Assembly (NCBI GenBank): GCA_051546255.1 | Contig: CP128817.1 | Coordinates: forward strand, 310,001-374,000 | Source of the DNA: Meyerozyma guilliermondii | Taxonomy: Eukaryota | Length of the DNA stretch: 64,000 nt | Direction of reading: 5' to 3' | In this document: positions 20,506-31,561 of the stretch, piece after piece | Numbering within the stretch: the first letter of the stretch is position 1 | How the letters are laid out: each line of letters begins with the position of its first letter | Notes under the pieces: generated by a model | Databases searched by the model: none | Seen by the model: only the letters and a program-made list of their open reading frames with translations | What the model was told of the DNA's origin: nothing | Position numbers and translations under genes: made by a program

Positions 20506-22089
20506 ATGACAAGGAACCTCCACGAGTACAAATCTCCCAAGGTAGTGGCCACTTTCTTGGTTCAGTTTGATACAAAAACTGGCTACAAGCTCGTATGGTC
20601 CAAATGTAACCCATCATTATCACTTTCTGGTATTGAATACAAAGCTTTACCTTCCGGAATTCATGAATGCGACAGCAGTACGGTGTTTATTGTTCATAAA
20701 AACGACGATAAAATGCTCTATGGACTAAGTCAGTACCGTAGCGTGACCGAGGGTGATAATGAACTGACGGAAACGTCGGTGGACCGGTCAAAAGTCAAGA
20801 TGTATTCATTGGGAATTCTTTGCGATCCGGTGTCAAAGTCATGGAAACCAAACGAGTATATCAGTACTGGATGGGAACATATTGAATCGTTGGATTCCAC
20901 CCTCTACACCTTCTTGCGGTTACAGAGCTGGAACGATTATCTGGTGTTCGAAGAACTTCATCTGAGCTTAACGGGATCACAGCTTTCTCCAAATCCCATA
21001 TCTCCCAAAACAGACCACCACCTATTAAGTGCCTTGCCTGATCTTCTCGATGTTTTGGGCCCATTGGTGTTTGTATTGTACAAACAGTGTTTGTTGCGTA
21101 AACGTATCATGTTGTTTCACCATGATCCCGTGATTTTGTCCAACTATACTGCTGGCGCTTTTACCTACCTTCTCTCGTTGATATCTCTCATTTCTCAGGA
21201 CACTGAAACAATTCAGTCTAATATAGTGTCCATGTCACAACCGATTTATAACGTGGGCCTTCATGACCTTTCGGAAAATGATAGTGTTTTAAAAACTCCC
21301 CACATAATAACGGTTACCAGTGATGAGATCCTCATGTATCAGGATGTATACGATGTGGGGGTGTCGCTTCCGACTGACAACTCTGGCCATGTAAAAATTT
21401 GCTATGCCAATGGTCAAGCAACCAACTTCAATGCCCCGGCGAATCAGTTGAAGGCCACTCGTCAGGACCTACAAAAATTCCGCTCCGCTTACAAACGGTT
21501 TAGAAGACTCAAGAAACGCCAACTTGGCTCCAATGCAATAGCGACGTTTTCCAATGAGGAACTAAGCTCGATTAATACCTCGACATCAACCAAGTCGGGG
21601 CTGAGACAAAACTGGCTCTTTTATGATCCTCATCTGGCCGAAGGTGAACCACTGTGGTGGCTTGAATTTGCAACCGCTCCCATGTCTTGGCGAGAATTCA
21701 TATGGTCGGCATTCCTGTGGTTCGCCAGTGCCGGCACGGTGAATCGCGAAGACAAAGAAGACGATATCTCTGCTGAGAATGACGCTACAAGATATCAACA
21801 ACTTATTGAATTGGTATCGTCGTTCCATAGACTCACAAGAAAGTGGTTCAGCATGATTAATGACATTGTAATGCAGGAACTCGAAAACAACGGCGTGGTG
21901 TATACTGACGGACACCCACTTCAGGAAAAATTATCGATAGAAGTCACCTACCAGGATATTTATGATATGGAATTGGACCCATATGCTTATTCAGACCTAC
22001 AGTTCATCCATGAATTTGTAGCGACATACTGGGGAGAGATTGTTGGCCGTGTGCAAATAGGGACAGGTATTGGAGGTGTTTTCTGCTAG
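20506..22089 (+). CDS. DENN-related (DUF4484/Anr2-like) protein
   Basis: FLVQFDTKTGYKLVWS, IEYKALPSGIH, LGPLVFVLYKQCLLRKRI and DMELDPY motifs. Confidence 0.75.
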   Translation: MTRNLHEYKSPKVVATFLVQFDTKTGYKLVWSKCNPSLSLSGIEYKALPSGIHECDSSTVFIVHKNDDKMLYGLSQYRSVTEGDNELTETSVDRSKVKMYSLGILCDPVSKSWKPNEYISTGWEHIESLDSTLYTFLRLQSWNDYLVFEELHLSLTGSQLSPNPISPKTDHHLLSALPDLLDVLGPLVFVLYKQCLLRKRIMLFHHDPVILSNYTAGAFTYLLSLISLISQDTETIQSNIVSMSQPIYNVGLHDLSENDSVLKTPHIITVTSDEILMYQDVYDVGVSLPTDNSGHVKICYANGQATNFNAPANQLKATRQDLQKFRSAYKRFRRLKKRQLGSNAIATFSNEELSSINTSTSTKSGLRQNWLFYDPHLAEGEPLWWLEFATAPMSWREFIWSAFLWFASAGTVNREDKEDDISAENDATRYQQLIELVSSFHRLTRKWFSMINDIVMQELENNGVVYTDGHPLQEKLSIEVTYQDIYDMELDPYAYSDLQFIHEFVATYWGEIVGRVQIGTGIGGVFC

Positions 22090-22150
22090 GTAGACAAAGT
22101 TAGAAAATGAATTTTTCTATTTTCTAGTTCATATTCTTAAAATATACCAA

Positions 22151-23164
22151 TTAGGCAAATCCAACTTTGGGACGATATGGTTCCTCAAGGTATTTGATTT
22201 GCTCGTCCGTAAGTTTGATGGTCGCCAATCTTACAACAGAATCTATCGCATCTAACAGAGTGAGACCAATAATTGGATTGGCTCCTTTTGCAACTAACCA
22301 TCCTGCAGCGACTTCCACCATGGAACATCCAATTTTCTTGCTGACTTCTTCTACTCGATCAATAATGATGCGGTCGTTCTCAGCATCTAAGTGTAAAAGA
22401 TGGTGTAAGAATGGCAATTCAAATTTTGCCTTAGACTTTTCGCTGCTGGTTGGGATCGCAAGTAACCCTCTTGCATTGGGGGACCATGGAATCAAGCCGA
22501 CGCCAGTTTTTTTGCAGTATTCGTTGAGTTCCCTCTCGTCTTCCCGGTATAACAAGTTGTACAAGCTTTGCATCGATACAAACTTGTGCCAGCCATGTTT
22601 TTCAGCAGTGTGCTGCAACTCAATAAATTGATAAGCTTTCATTGACGAAGCACCCAAGTATCTTACTTGACCACTTTCAACCACATCATTCAAGGCACGC
22701 ATGATTTCTTCGTCTGGAACCTCGGGGTCGTATCTGTGAATCTGGAGCAAATCAATATGGGTACCCAATCTTTCAACTGAACCTTTCACGGCGTCCAAAA
22801 TGTGCTTTCTTGATAAGCCTCTATCATTGAAGTTCAAGCTTGAACTGATTGTACCTGGTGCGAAGTCCATAGGTAAAAAACATTTCGTCATAATGACAAC
22901 ATTTTCACGGGGTATGTTGTATTGTTTCAAAAACTTTCCAATTGTTTTTTCACTATTGCCTCCTCCATATGCATTGGCAGTGTCGAAAGTACGCAATCCT
23001 TCATCATAACATTTTTTCAAGATTGCAATCGAAGTTTCCTCGCTAATACCCATATCAACGTCACCTATTGGAGGCATATTGAAAAGCATAGTACCAACGA
23101 CTGCATGGTTAATTCTGAGGCCCGACTTGCCTAAACGTGTAAGTGTTGAGTTTTCGAGAACCAT
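22151..23164 (-). CDS. Aldo-keto reductase (aryl-alcohol dehydrogenase/IFD-CSH1-like)
   Basis: RLGKSGL, TFDTANAY, GLSRKHILDAV, IDLLQIHR, YLGASS and LIPWSPNARG motifs. Confidence 0.93.
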   Translation of the reverse strand: MVLENSTLTRLGKSGLRINHAVVGTMLFNMPPIGDVDMGISEETSIAILKKCYDEGLRTFDTANAYGGGNSEKTIGKFLKQYNIPRENVVIMTKCFLPMDFAPGTISSSLNFNDRGLSRKHILDAVKGSVERLGTHIDLLQIHRYDPEVPDEEIMRALNDVVESGQVRYLGASSMKAYQFIELQHTAEKHGWHKFVSMQSLYNLLYREDERELNEYCKKTGVGLIPWSPNARGLLAIPTSSEKSKAKFELPFLHHLLHLDAENDRIIIDRVEEVSKKIGCSMVEVAAGWLVAKGANPIIGLTLLDAIDSVVRLATIKLTDEQIKYLEEPYRPKVGFA

Positions 23165-23562
23165 TTTGATGCTGAAAAGCTGTAGGCTCCGTCTTATATA
23201 GAGTCAAATGACGAGGCTTATACTGCAGAAACGGGTCAAGTAAAGCGGCCATTAGTAATACCAGTACCCAACAGGTAATAGAATCTTATATCCGACTTTG
23301 GGGCTGCAAAATGTTGCGCTCATAATTCCAAGTTTAGCGCATAGTCCGGTCTATACCCGAATTATCTCCGCACCTTTAAAGGGTTTTCAACCCGAGGGCT
23401 CATACGAAGCCGCAGGCTCTTGGAAGCGGGGCTATTTGATTGAAATAAAATCTCGAATTTTGCCACCCGGAAATAACTCCGTCGGCTGTGTAATTGCATG
23501 CGAGCTCGTAGTTCGTAATTGATATCACCCAATCTTTAGACTGATACCAAGAGGACTTGCAA

Positions 23563-24358
23563 CTAGGCCCAAAGTCGGTGGTACGACACATTAGTTCCAG
23601 GGTATTAAATGGATGGCATTGAATAGTCGATACTTCATACTTTTGACAAATTCAGCATGTCTGCAAAATTTATACCAAGTATTCAACTTGTCACCACTTA
23701 CTTGGTGCTGCCAGCCTTCTTGCTGACCTCTTCGTCCATCGACAATATCTTATCATGATCTAAGTCGACTCGTAATAATGAGTTAGCATACTCATTCTTG
23801 AACATTTCTTTCCCAGAATCAAACGCATGTATGAGTGCCCTCTGGCAACACGCAACCGTGGAACCGCGTCAATGCCAGTTCCTTTCAGTAATCGTTTAGC
23901 TCATGTTCTGCTCTCCTTATTTCCATTTGTACTGACTGTCAACCAAGGAAAAATTCCTCACTTAAGACTTCAGTATCAAAACTGTGAATCCGGAGCAAAA
24001 CATGTAGCCTATCAACTGAGCCTTTCACAGTGTCAAGTGTGTGCTTTCTGGATACACCACGTATTCAATTGACAGAATCATCCTTTAGATAATTGGATAA
24101 TATGTAAATAGCCCTTGGTCATAATGACATGATGACCTTTATAGCAATTATGTTGCTTCAAAAACTTGCCAACAACCCTCACTATTTCCAACACAGTAGT
24201 GTCAAATGTACACAACCAGTGTCACATCATTGTTTCCAAGCACAATTGACTTCATTTCATTAGTAATTTCGTTGAATCCTACGAGTCCAACTTTTCAAGA
24301 AGCATGGGTCACACCACAGCATTCCATATAATCGTATGAGTTCCTCGCAATTCACCAT
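23563..24358 (-). pseudogene. Decayed tandem paralogue of the adjacent aldo-keto reductase
   Basis: Collinear fragments: RGVSRKHTLDTVKGSVDRL vs RGLSRKHILDAVKGSVERL (15/19 identical), LLRIHSFDTEVLSEE vs LLQIHRYDPEVPDEE, and LLRVDLDHDKILSMDEEVSKKAG vs LLHLDAENDRIIIDRVEEVSKKIG. It has internal stops and deletions (about 800 bp vs 1014 bp). Confidence 0.9.
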
Positions 24359-24874
24359 TTTTTTGAATCTTACGATTTATGGCCGCTCATCTTGTTAAGA
24401 TTTCTCAAGAAAGTTGTGGATAAAGCTATAGTATATGCTAATGATGGATTAATATAAGTAACAACTTTATGACTTGTCATCGATACTTTAATTATATTAG
24501 CATAACATGAGTAGCAATAACACGCAAACAACTTGAATCGTAACTGAATGCATAAATATTTATAGGTTTAAACGCATCATGGCAGTTAAGCGACCATTCA
24601 ACCTGGTCTTAACATCTTCGCGACACTTACAAACCGATGTAGCCGTTTGGGTAATGTGCGCGTGTGCGTATATATGCAGGCTCTGACTCAAACTTTGTGT
24701 CCTCCTACCCACTAGCTGAGGTTACTGTAGTCCACTGGCTATTGCGTCTCGTAGCGCCGGTACTAATATTCAATTCACCATTTCTTTTCCAGGTTATTCT
24801 TGATCCAACATTTTCCAATAATCAGCTTTATTGGTTTCATTTTTTCATATTTGGTTTCTTGAGGGGTTCCCACG

Positions 24875-26185
24875 ATGTCAGATGATAATGGTTCGAAACG
24901 AACCCGAGCCTCGGGTGAGGTGTTAGACTATCTTTTGGAAGCATTCAAGCAGAACCATAATCCTTCACCGGAACAGCGGCGAGAAATCAGTGAAAAGACT
25001 AATATGAGTGAAAAGGCAGTTAGAATATGGTTTCAAAATCGACGGGCCAAACTTCGAAAGTTTGAGCGGATGGGTAAAAAATCCGATTCTGGAAGCACTG
25101 GCGATGCAAGTCCATATTCTGCCAGTCTGTCGGCTCGTTTTGAAATGAGCTCTCCGCCGTCGCCGATTGATATCAGTGAGAAGTACTGCTTCATCGACTG
25201 TTCATCCCTTTCGGTAGCTTCGTGGCAGCGAGTAAGAACTGGTAATCACCATTTCCATGCATTGAAAAATACCCTTGTGAATCTTTCTCCATTTACTCTC
25301 AATGGTGCCATGTCCAGCGCCGACTTGTTGGTGATACTATCGAAGAAAAACTCGGAGATCAATTACTTTTTCAGCGCCATGGCCAACGACTCGAAAATTT
25401 TGTTTCGAATATTCTACCCAATCTCGAGCATTGTGACGTGCTCATTACTAGACAATAACATAAACAAGGGAAGCAACGAATTACGTCTTAGCCTTTCGGC
25501 TCCCCCCAAATTTTCCGTCTTCTTTTTCAATAACGTCAATTCAGAAGCCAACCAATGGTCAATCTGTGATGACTTCAGCGAAGACCAACAGGTTAGCACT
25601 GCGTACTGCAATGATGGTGGCACTTCCATACCCCATGTTCTTGTGGGTGTGAAGAGCACATTACAGTTTTTGCACGCTTACATCTTGGAGCTCAATCAAT
25701 TACCGCACCACCCACCTAGATACCATACAGACTTGCATCTCGTCGATATTCAAGACGATAACCATGAAAGCGGAAACTTTCAAATCAACACCGAGTCACT
25801 AGATGTGTGGCAGGATAAGTCACCATTAGGGGTGGATTCACGAACATCGCCTGCCTCAGGGACCAGTGTTCGTAGCCACGATATGGCAGAAGTAGCTCCA
25901 TTAGTAGCAAGTGGACCAGAATACGAGAACTACAACATGGAGTATAGAGACCAAAACCATTTATTTGACGAGGAGCTGGACCTTCATCCGTCCAATTCCA
26001 ACAATGAACTACTTGCAAGCCCATCTGCAAGTCTTGAGAACTTACCCCACAATCCAGGTTTGGATTCTCACCAACCTGAAAATTTTGCATTCACCGTTGA
26101 CAACGAATACATTCCGGAAGAAACTCCCCCTGAAGATCATAGCACTGGTGGTGTGGATAGTTTCATAGACTACAACGCAAAGTAG
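24875..26185 (+). CDS. PHO2: Homeodomain transcription factor Pho2/Bas2/Grf10
   Basis: Homeodomain KRTRASGE...EKAVRIWFQNRRAKLRK and the Pho2-type FIDCSSLSVASWQR region. Adjacent to MSS2, as in S. cerevisiae. Confidence 0.87.
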   Translation: MSDDNGSKRTRASGEVLDYLLEAFKQNHNPSPEQRREISEKTNMSEKAVRIWFQNRRAKLRKFERMGKKSDSGSTGDASPYSASLSARFEMSSPPSPIDISEKYCFIDCSSLSVASWQRVRTGNHHFHALKNTLVNLSPFTLNGAMSSADLLVILSKKNSEINYFFSAMANDSKILFRIFYPISSIVTCSLLDNNINKGSNELRLSLSAPPKFSVFFFNNVNSEANQWSICDDFSEDQQVSTAYCNDGGTSIPHVLVGVKSTLQFLHAYILELNQLPHHPPRYHTDLHLVDIQDDNHESGNFQINTESLDVWQDKSPLGVDSRTSPASGTSVRSHDMAEVAPLVASGPEYENYNMEYRDQNHLFDEELDLHPSNSNNELLASPSASLENLPHNPGLDSHQPENFAFTVDNEYIPEETPPEDHSTGGVDSFIDYNAK

Positions 26186-26231
26186 ATAAAATATATATTT
26201 TTCATTTTATCGCGAAAAATATCTTCGATAA

Positions 26232-27329
26232 ATGATACTTCGAACATGGGTTCGTGGTGTTTCTACAGTACTGTCTCGTGGCAGGCCCTCGCTAAGTACA
26301 ATATTACCTGCTAAGAAAGCAATCAACCGTATGCTATTTGACAATAATACCAGACTCTCTTACAAAAAAATGATTCCGGTGCTCGAATCGATTTATGACA
26401 ATTTGGACAGCCCAGAAAAAATTCAATTACCGAGATATGTTCAGCATAATGACTTGATGCAATTCAAAGAGATGCTTGCAATGGTACGAAGCTCCACCAA
26501 TTCAGTGAATAAGAACTTGGCTCGTCTTGAGAATGAGTTGGTCGAACAAGCTGCTGAGCTAGGCAATAATGATGCAATAACCATGTTGGCTTTTGAAACC
26601 ATTCGTAAGCCTGATGTCAATAAAGAAGACTACCAGTATGCAAACAGCTTGATAGAAGAACTCACGAACATAAAACATCCCTTGGTGTTTAAAATGGGTG
26701 GAGATTTGGCTTTCGAAAAGAAGTTTTATCCTCAAGCGGAACAATTTTGGAAGAATTTTTTGGACTTGGAAAGCAACACTATACTAGCTGGACAAGTCCA
26801 TGCCAAACTCGGGGCGTACTACTTCCAATACCTCAAACCTAGACCGAATCTAACTTTGGCAAAAATGCATTTCGAGAAGAGCATAAAACTAGGAGAGTTC
26901 GATGGCCACATATTACAATCTTATTACTATTTGGGTCAGCTTTACTCTACTACAGACCCCACATTATCGCGATATTATCTTGAAGTTGCAGCGAGTAAAG
27001 GTTTTAAGGAAAGTTTTGCATCGCTCGGATTTTTAGAAATGAACATGTTCAAAAATTTCAGCATGTCTATGGAATGGTTCAAACTTGGCGTGGAGGCAAG
27101 CAATGATGTGTCCTGCCTCATTGGTCTATTTGATTCCTATGTCGGTACTAAGGAACTTCTGGGTGCAAGAAAGGTTCTCAAATCACTCTTGAACCTTCAA
27201 CAGAAAGTGAAAAAGTTTGCAGATACTGACAAAGTTCCTGAGACTTTCAAATTAGACATGTTAACCACACAGTCTATGTTACAGGTGTTTTTCCGCACGA
27301 GGAAAGATTCTATAGCCCAGCTTCAATGA
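26232..27329 (+). CDS. MSS2: Mitochondrial Cox2 export factor (TPR/Sel1-like)
   Basis: Mitochondrial-type N-terminus, AAELGNNDAITMLAF and LGFLEMN...WFKLG motifs, and synteny with PHO2. Confidence 0.85.
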   Translation: MILRTWVRGVSTVLSRGRPSLSTILPAKKAINRMLFDNNTRLSYKKMIPVLESIYDNLDSPEKIQLPRYVQHNDLMQFKEMLAMVRSSTNSVNKNLARLENELVEQAAELGNNDAITMLAFETIRKPDVNKEDYQYANSLIEELTNIKHPLVFKMGGDLAFEKKFYPQAEQFWKNFLDLESNTILAGQVHAKLGAYYFQYLKPRPNLTLAKMHFEKSIKLGEFDGHILQSYYYLGQLYSTTDPTLSRYYLEVAASKGFKESFASLGFLEMNMFKNFSMSMEWFKLGVEASNDVSCLIGLFDSYVGTKELLGARKVLKSLLNLQQKVKKFADTDKVPETFKLDMLTTQSMLQVFFRTRKDSIAQLQ

Positions 27330-27366
27330 TAAGCTTCGGCCCTTGTATATAGCAGATCCATTCCAC

Positions 27367-28876
27367 TTATGGCCGTTGCATCGACATATCTCGGCTTTGT
27401 GAAACGTTCAATTCCGATGCATGTCTTTCCCGCAAGCTCATGGGTTGACTGTCCGAACGAAATGACGTTCTTTGAGTGTTTCCCGACATTTCCATCGACA
27501 GTCCCAGTTCATTTTTGGCGTCGTCTTCCGAAAACCAGAAATGGTTACATGTTTGGAAAACATCGTATCGCTCCAAAGGATCGACAATTAGAAGGGAACT
27601 TATCAAGTCCAATGCGGAATCGCTAATATCGTCCCAGTATGGAGAGTAGAAGGCAAATTTTCCAGTTAGAATCTGCTCTCGCATACTGGGAGGAGCAAGT
27701 TCCTCGCTGAATGGGGGAAATCCACATAGACAAACGTATAGCAAGACGCCACTCAGCCAAAGATCGACTTTCGTTGTATAGTTACGCTTGTCACTGAGAA
27801 TCTCAGGTGCCACATATGCTGGGGTTCCACATAAAGTGTTAGTGAATTTGAGTTCTCCAATAAATTTTGCCAAACCAAAGTCAGCGATCTTAACTTTTAC
27901 ATCGTACTCGTGTTCGTCCCACGGGCCCGTTTGCTTCTGATCTGGGGAGACACGAGGAGAGATGTCAAGTAAAATGTTTTCAGGCTTGATGTCTCTATGG
28001 ATGATATTGCTTTCGTGAAGGTATTTCAAACCTGCTAATAACTGAGTAAAGATTGCTTTGGTTTCCGCCTGGCCCAACTTCAGTTTATTGATAATACGTT
28101 GGAACAATTCGCCGCTGTTCATTTTCTCTAGAACCAAGTATGTGGTCATTGCATGTGGACTTATCGGCTCCACGTAGCGTGAAATAAACTTGACGATATT
28201 CGAGTGGTTAATTGACAATAATAGGTTCATCTCCTGCTGAAGTTTGGCATCTTCTTCAGCATCGCCAGACGCCGATCGATTAGGATGAAAGATCTTAACG
28301 GCCACTATATCTCCTGAGGCTCTGTCTCGTGCTTCCTTGACCACTGCGTAATGACCACTTCCAAGTTGAGTTCCAAGAATGTAATCGTCAAAAAAGCTTC
28401 GAGGTCCATCGGCTCCATTTGGATCGGACGAGTAACGGAATATGAATTCGCCTCCTGTTCTGGCAAATTTGACTTTATCTCCACTCTTCAAGAGACTGGT
28501 GGTACCCTTTCCCAATGTCTCGTCATTGACGAAGGTACCGTTGGTGCTTAAATCGGTTATATAGATATAATCACGTCGCGCCTTTACGGTAATTGAAAGC
28601 CTGCAATGCTTCAGAGACACGTCATTTCCACTGAGTCGTATATCACACGAGCTGCTTCGACCTATTATAACCCCGCTGGACTTGCGAGGTATTATTATGT
28701 GTTGTTGGCTCTCGTTGACGCTAAGAAGCTTGCCAATTGTGTTGTAATTTATTGCGGCTTTTTTGGTATTTTCAGTATCGCTGATGGTATATCCATTCTC
28801 TGAGTGATGCTATGCTGTTAGATTGCGCTAGTAAGAAGATACAGCTTGAACTTACTCGTTTTCTAGAGAGTGACAT
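27367..28876 (-). CDS. DUN1: FHA-domain DNA-damage checkpoint kinase; exons 28876-28856 and 28809-27367
   Basis: FHA IIGRSSSCDI..VS(S)KHC..DLSTNGTF and kinase HRDIKPEN, DFG, TLCGTPAYVAPE, YVCLCGFPPFS motifs. The upstream exon and intron were found manually. Confidence 0.9.
28810..28855 (-). other. 46-nt spliceosomal intron in DUN1
   Basis: GTAAGT donor, ATCTAAC branch-like sequence and TAG acceptor. Phase 0; it joins MSLSRKR to HHSENG in frame. Confidence 0.78.
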
Positions 28877-28937
28877 CTATTCGTGTTTGTTTGTTTGATT
28901 GAAATTGTCGCGCGGCTCGTTGATTTCGATTTGGAAA

Positions 28938-31247
28938 TTATATAATTCTAACGATAAGATCACTAATTGAATGGTCCGACAAATTCTGTAAATTATTGTC
29001 AAACATCCTTCGCAACTCCCCAATCCTGTCGTACTGACGTTTGTATTTCGAGGCTGTCTCAAGATTCACCACATTTAAAAATTTCACTGAGTCGGCAATG
29101 CGAAGGTAATCCTTGTTTAGCAGCGTAGTGTATGTCAGCGCCTGAGGATCAAGTAATAAAGCTGTCAGTAGTCTGGCCGTTAAGAATTCCACATCCACTT
29201 GAAGCTGCTTGACTCCGTTGGAATTAAATTGATTGTTGGTGATGATATACTCTCGCAAAATCACCGATAAAAGCGATACAATCTTGTCAACGATTACATA
29301 GTAATCAGACTTGGAAACACACCTCTGAATGTAATCCAAGAACACTGGTATGTTGGTAACGACCATGGATAGCTCACCACTAGGATCAGGAATTGACTCG
29401 TTGTCTACCATTGGCTGGCTCCACTGCGAAGAATTGACATAACTTTTCAAACTGGTACGGATTTCCTTCTTAAAGAAGTCCTCGTATTTGGTAAGAATAT
29501 CCTCGAGCAACTTGTCGTAATCGTTTATTGCTGAATCGAACAATGTTTCATTGACTTCCGTTGAAGGTGACACTTGTTGATATGCTCGACAAAGTTCCAC
29601 GAAAAAAAGATCATCACCCCATTGCTGCAACTGCGTGCGGATGTACTTGGCCAGGCAGTATAACTCGGTCAACATCTGCAAACCTTTGAGACTGTTGGCA
29701 ACGGAAGTCTCATTAGAAGCTTCCTTTTCTATTGTTCTGTTCAAGCCCTTTGGCAAAAAGTTGAGTGACATTTTCAGACTGAAAGACAGATTGAATTTTT
29801 GGAGCCTCTGGCGTATCTCGCTGGCATAGAGATCAATGAGTTTCAACTGAATATTGGAAACGTACTTGAGTTGGTATTTCAAGATGTTGAGCGTATGGTA
29901 ATGGCTGGTGAGACTGTCAAATAACTGAGTCAAATTGTATGCTGAATAACTGGGCTTTAGCTGAGTATCAGTATTGATTTGTGATGATAGGAAGTCGAGA
30001 TCAATATTAAATGAATTATCAGGTTCTATGATCTCACTGTTGAATCTTTTAGTCGCAAGGTTCAACTCAAATTGGATCCAATTGTTTGCACCGGCACTTT
30101 CATTCCCTTGCTCTCCTAGTAACAAATCGTAAGTGAGCCCAAGCCACACCTCAGACTCCTTGTTGATCAAGGTAGTGTATGGGTTGTAGTAGTAGATGTT
30201 TTTCAAGCGCTGGTCAAATGCAGAAAGCTCAAATATCAAGTGGGAAAGTATTCTTCCCGTACGCTCCGAATTTGCGGAATCACCTTCGTATGCAATGATG
30301 TTCTTATTAATAATTTCCATCATCTTCACAACCTTGGCACGCACCGGTTGAAGTAGTGTGGTGATGATCTCAAAGGTAGCTATGAGGTCCATCTTTTCGA
30401 AAGTTTCGCCTATGAGCAATAAGACAAGATCTAAGTTGTCCTTCAAGAAATTCTCAATGAATTCAAATGCCCATTCTGGCTTTGACAACTTATTTGTGTC
30501 CTTGTTCGGGGAATCAAAGTGGAATTTGAAACGAGAAGTGATCGGACCGAGAAGTATGTCCAAACCCCACCATGTTTGAGGATATTTGGGTACACCAAGA
30601 CCTTCAGTATTGGCTTGAAGTGAGATCAATTGCTTGAAATCCTTTAAGATTAAGGTAGAATCAAATTGTTTTTCAAGACCTTTGTCTCCTGACGAGAGCC
30701 AATTAACGTGGCTCAAGCCTTTCGTGAGAGACTCTTCCAATGATTTCCGCTTAGTTTCCACTTTTTTGTGCAAAAGTTTTGTCAAATGATCGTACGTTTG
30801 CTCCTTCAATTCTGAAGGGACCGTGTAGCTAGTCTCGTCCATGAGAGTCCTGATACCCGTCAGGCTCTCTGCTATGTCGGCATGCGATATTTGTTGTTCT
30901 ACCTTCGCCGCTTCGGAGAGAAATATTTGGTTGTGTTGCAATTCAAACTTTTGATGAAGCAACGGTTCCAACGATGCTAATACAGCAGTTTTTCCATATT
31001 TTTCTTCGACATCAGAAACTCTGGCCAAAGCAACTTTTATTTCCACTGCTGTGAGCTCTTTGATGAAATTAACAGCTTCAATGGCGGTTTCTCGTCGTAC
31101 ACTGTTGATTGCTTCTGCAGGTTCATCTGCCAATTTTTTATCTACAACCGCCTGTATTCGAGTCTTCAAGCCCCGAAGCTCTGCTATTGTAGAGTCGACA
31201 TCTTCCAAGTCTGCCAAGGATGTAATTTTATCGTTCACTATGTTCAT
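28938..31247 (-). CDS. TIP20: Dsl1 tethering complex subunit (RINT-1/Tip20 family)
   Basis: RFKFHFD...TNKLSKPEWAF, LSHLIFELSAFDQRL and NQFNSNGVKQLQVD motifs. ATG at 31247. Confidence 0.88.
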   Translation of the reverse strand: MNIVNDKITSLADLEDVDSTIAELRGLKTRIQAVVDKKLADEPAEAINSVRRETAIEAVNFIKELTAVEIKVALARVSDVEEKYGKTAVLASLEPLLHQKFELQHNQIFLSEAAKVEQQISHADIAESLTGIRTLMDETSYTVPSELKEQTYDHLTKLLHKKVETKRKSLEESLTKGLSHVNWLSSGDKGLEKQFDSTLILKDFKQLISLQANTEGLGVPKYPQTWWGLDILLGPITSRFKFHFDSPNKDTNKLSKPEWAFEFIENFLKDNLDLVLLLIGETFEKMDLIATFEIITTLLQPVRAKVVKMMEIINKNIIAYEGDSANSERTGRILSHLIFELSAFDQRLKNIYYYNPYTTLINKESEVWLGLTYDLLLGEQGNESAGANNWIQFELNLATKRFNSEIIEPDNSFNIDLDFLSSQINTDTQLKPSYSAYNLTQLFDSLTSHYHTLNILKYQLKYVSNIQLKLIDLYASEIRQRLQKFNLSFSLKMSLNFLPKGLNRTIEKEASNETSVANSLKGLQMLTELYCLAKYIRTQLQQWGDDLFFVELCRAYQQVSPSTEVNETLFDSAINDYDKLLEDILTKYEDFFKKEIRTSLKSYVNSSQWSQPMVDNESIPDPSGELSMVVTNIPVFLDYIQRCVSKSDYYVIVDKIVSLLSVILREYIITNNQFNSNGVKQLQVDVEFLTARLLTALLLDPQALTYTTLLNKDYLRIADSVKFLNVVNLETASKYKRQYDRIGELRRMFDNNLQNLSDHSISDLIVRII

Positions 31248-31561
31248 AGAATTAATGAGTAGCTCCAGCAGGAACAATCATGGAGCGAGCGCGGGTCACA
31301 TGAGCGAGATCAGAGGGAAGTATAGAGATGGTGGATATCGGCCAAGAATTCGCTTAAAGTGTCCAAAACTTTAATAGCAGATTCTACACTGCCACATATA
31401 TACTCCGGGTCTCTTGCATGTTTCAATTCTGATTGTGGTTTGATCTACTATATCTCTCGAAATATCTTTGTGCTAACGTTGAACTCGCAGTCGCACCTCC
31501 ACTGCCGCGCGAAAAATTTCTGTTCACTAAACTTCAATCTCGCCTTCATTACCTGTTCATC

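Noticed and set aside
23827..24072. 81-aa + strand ORF in the large gap
   Set aside because: It is antisense to the AKR pseudogene and has no recognisable motif.
31320..31490. TGCTAAC...CAG upstream of CCT3 as a possible 5'-UTR intron
   Set aside because: There is no good donor (only GTATAG) and the divergent spacer is short.
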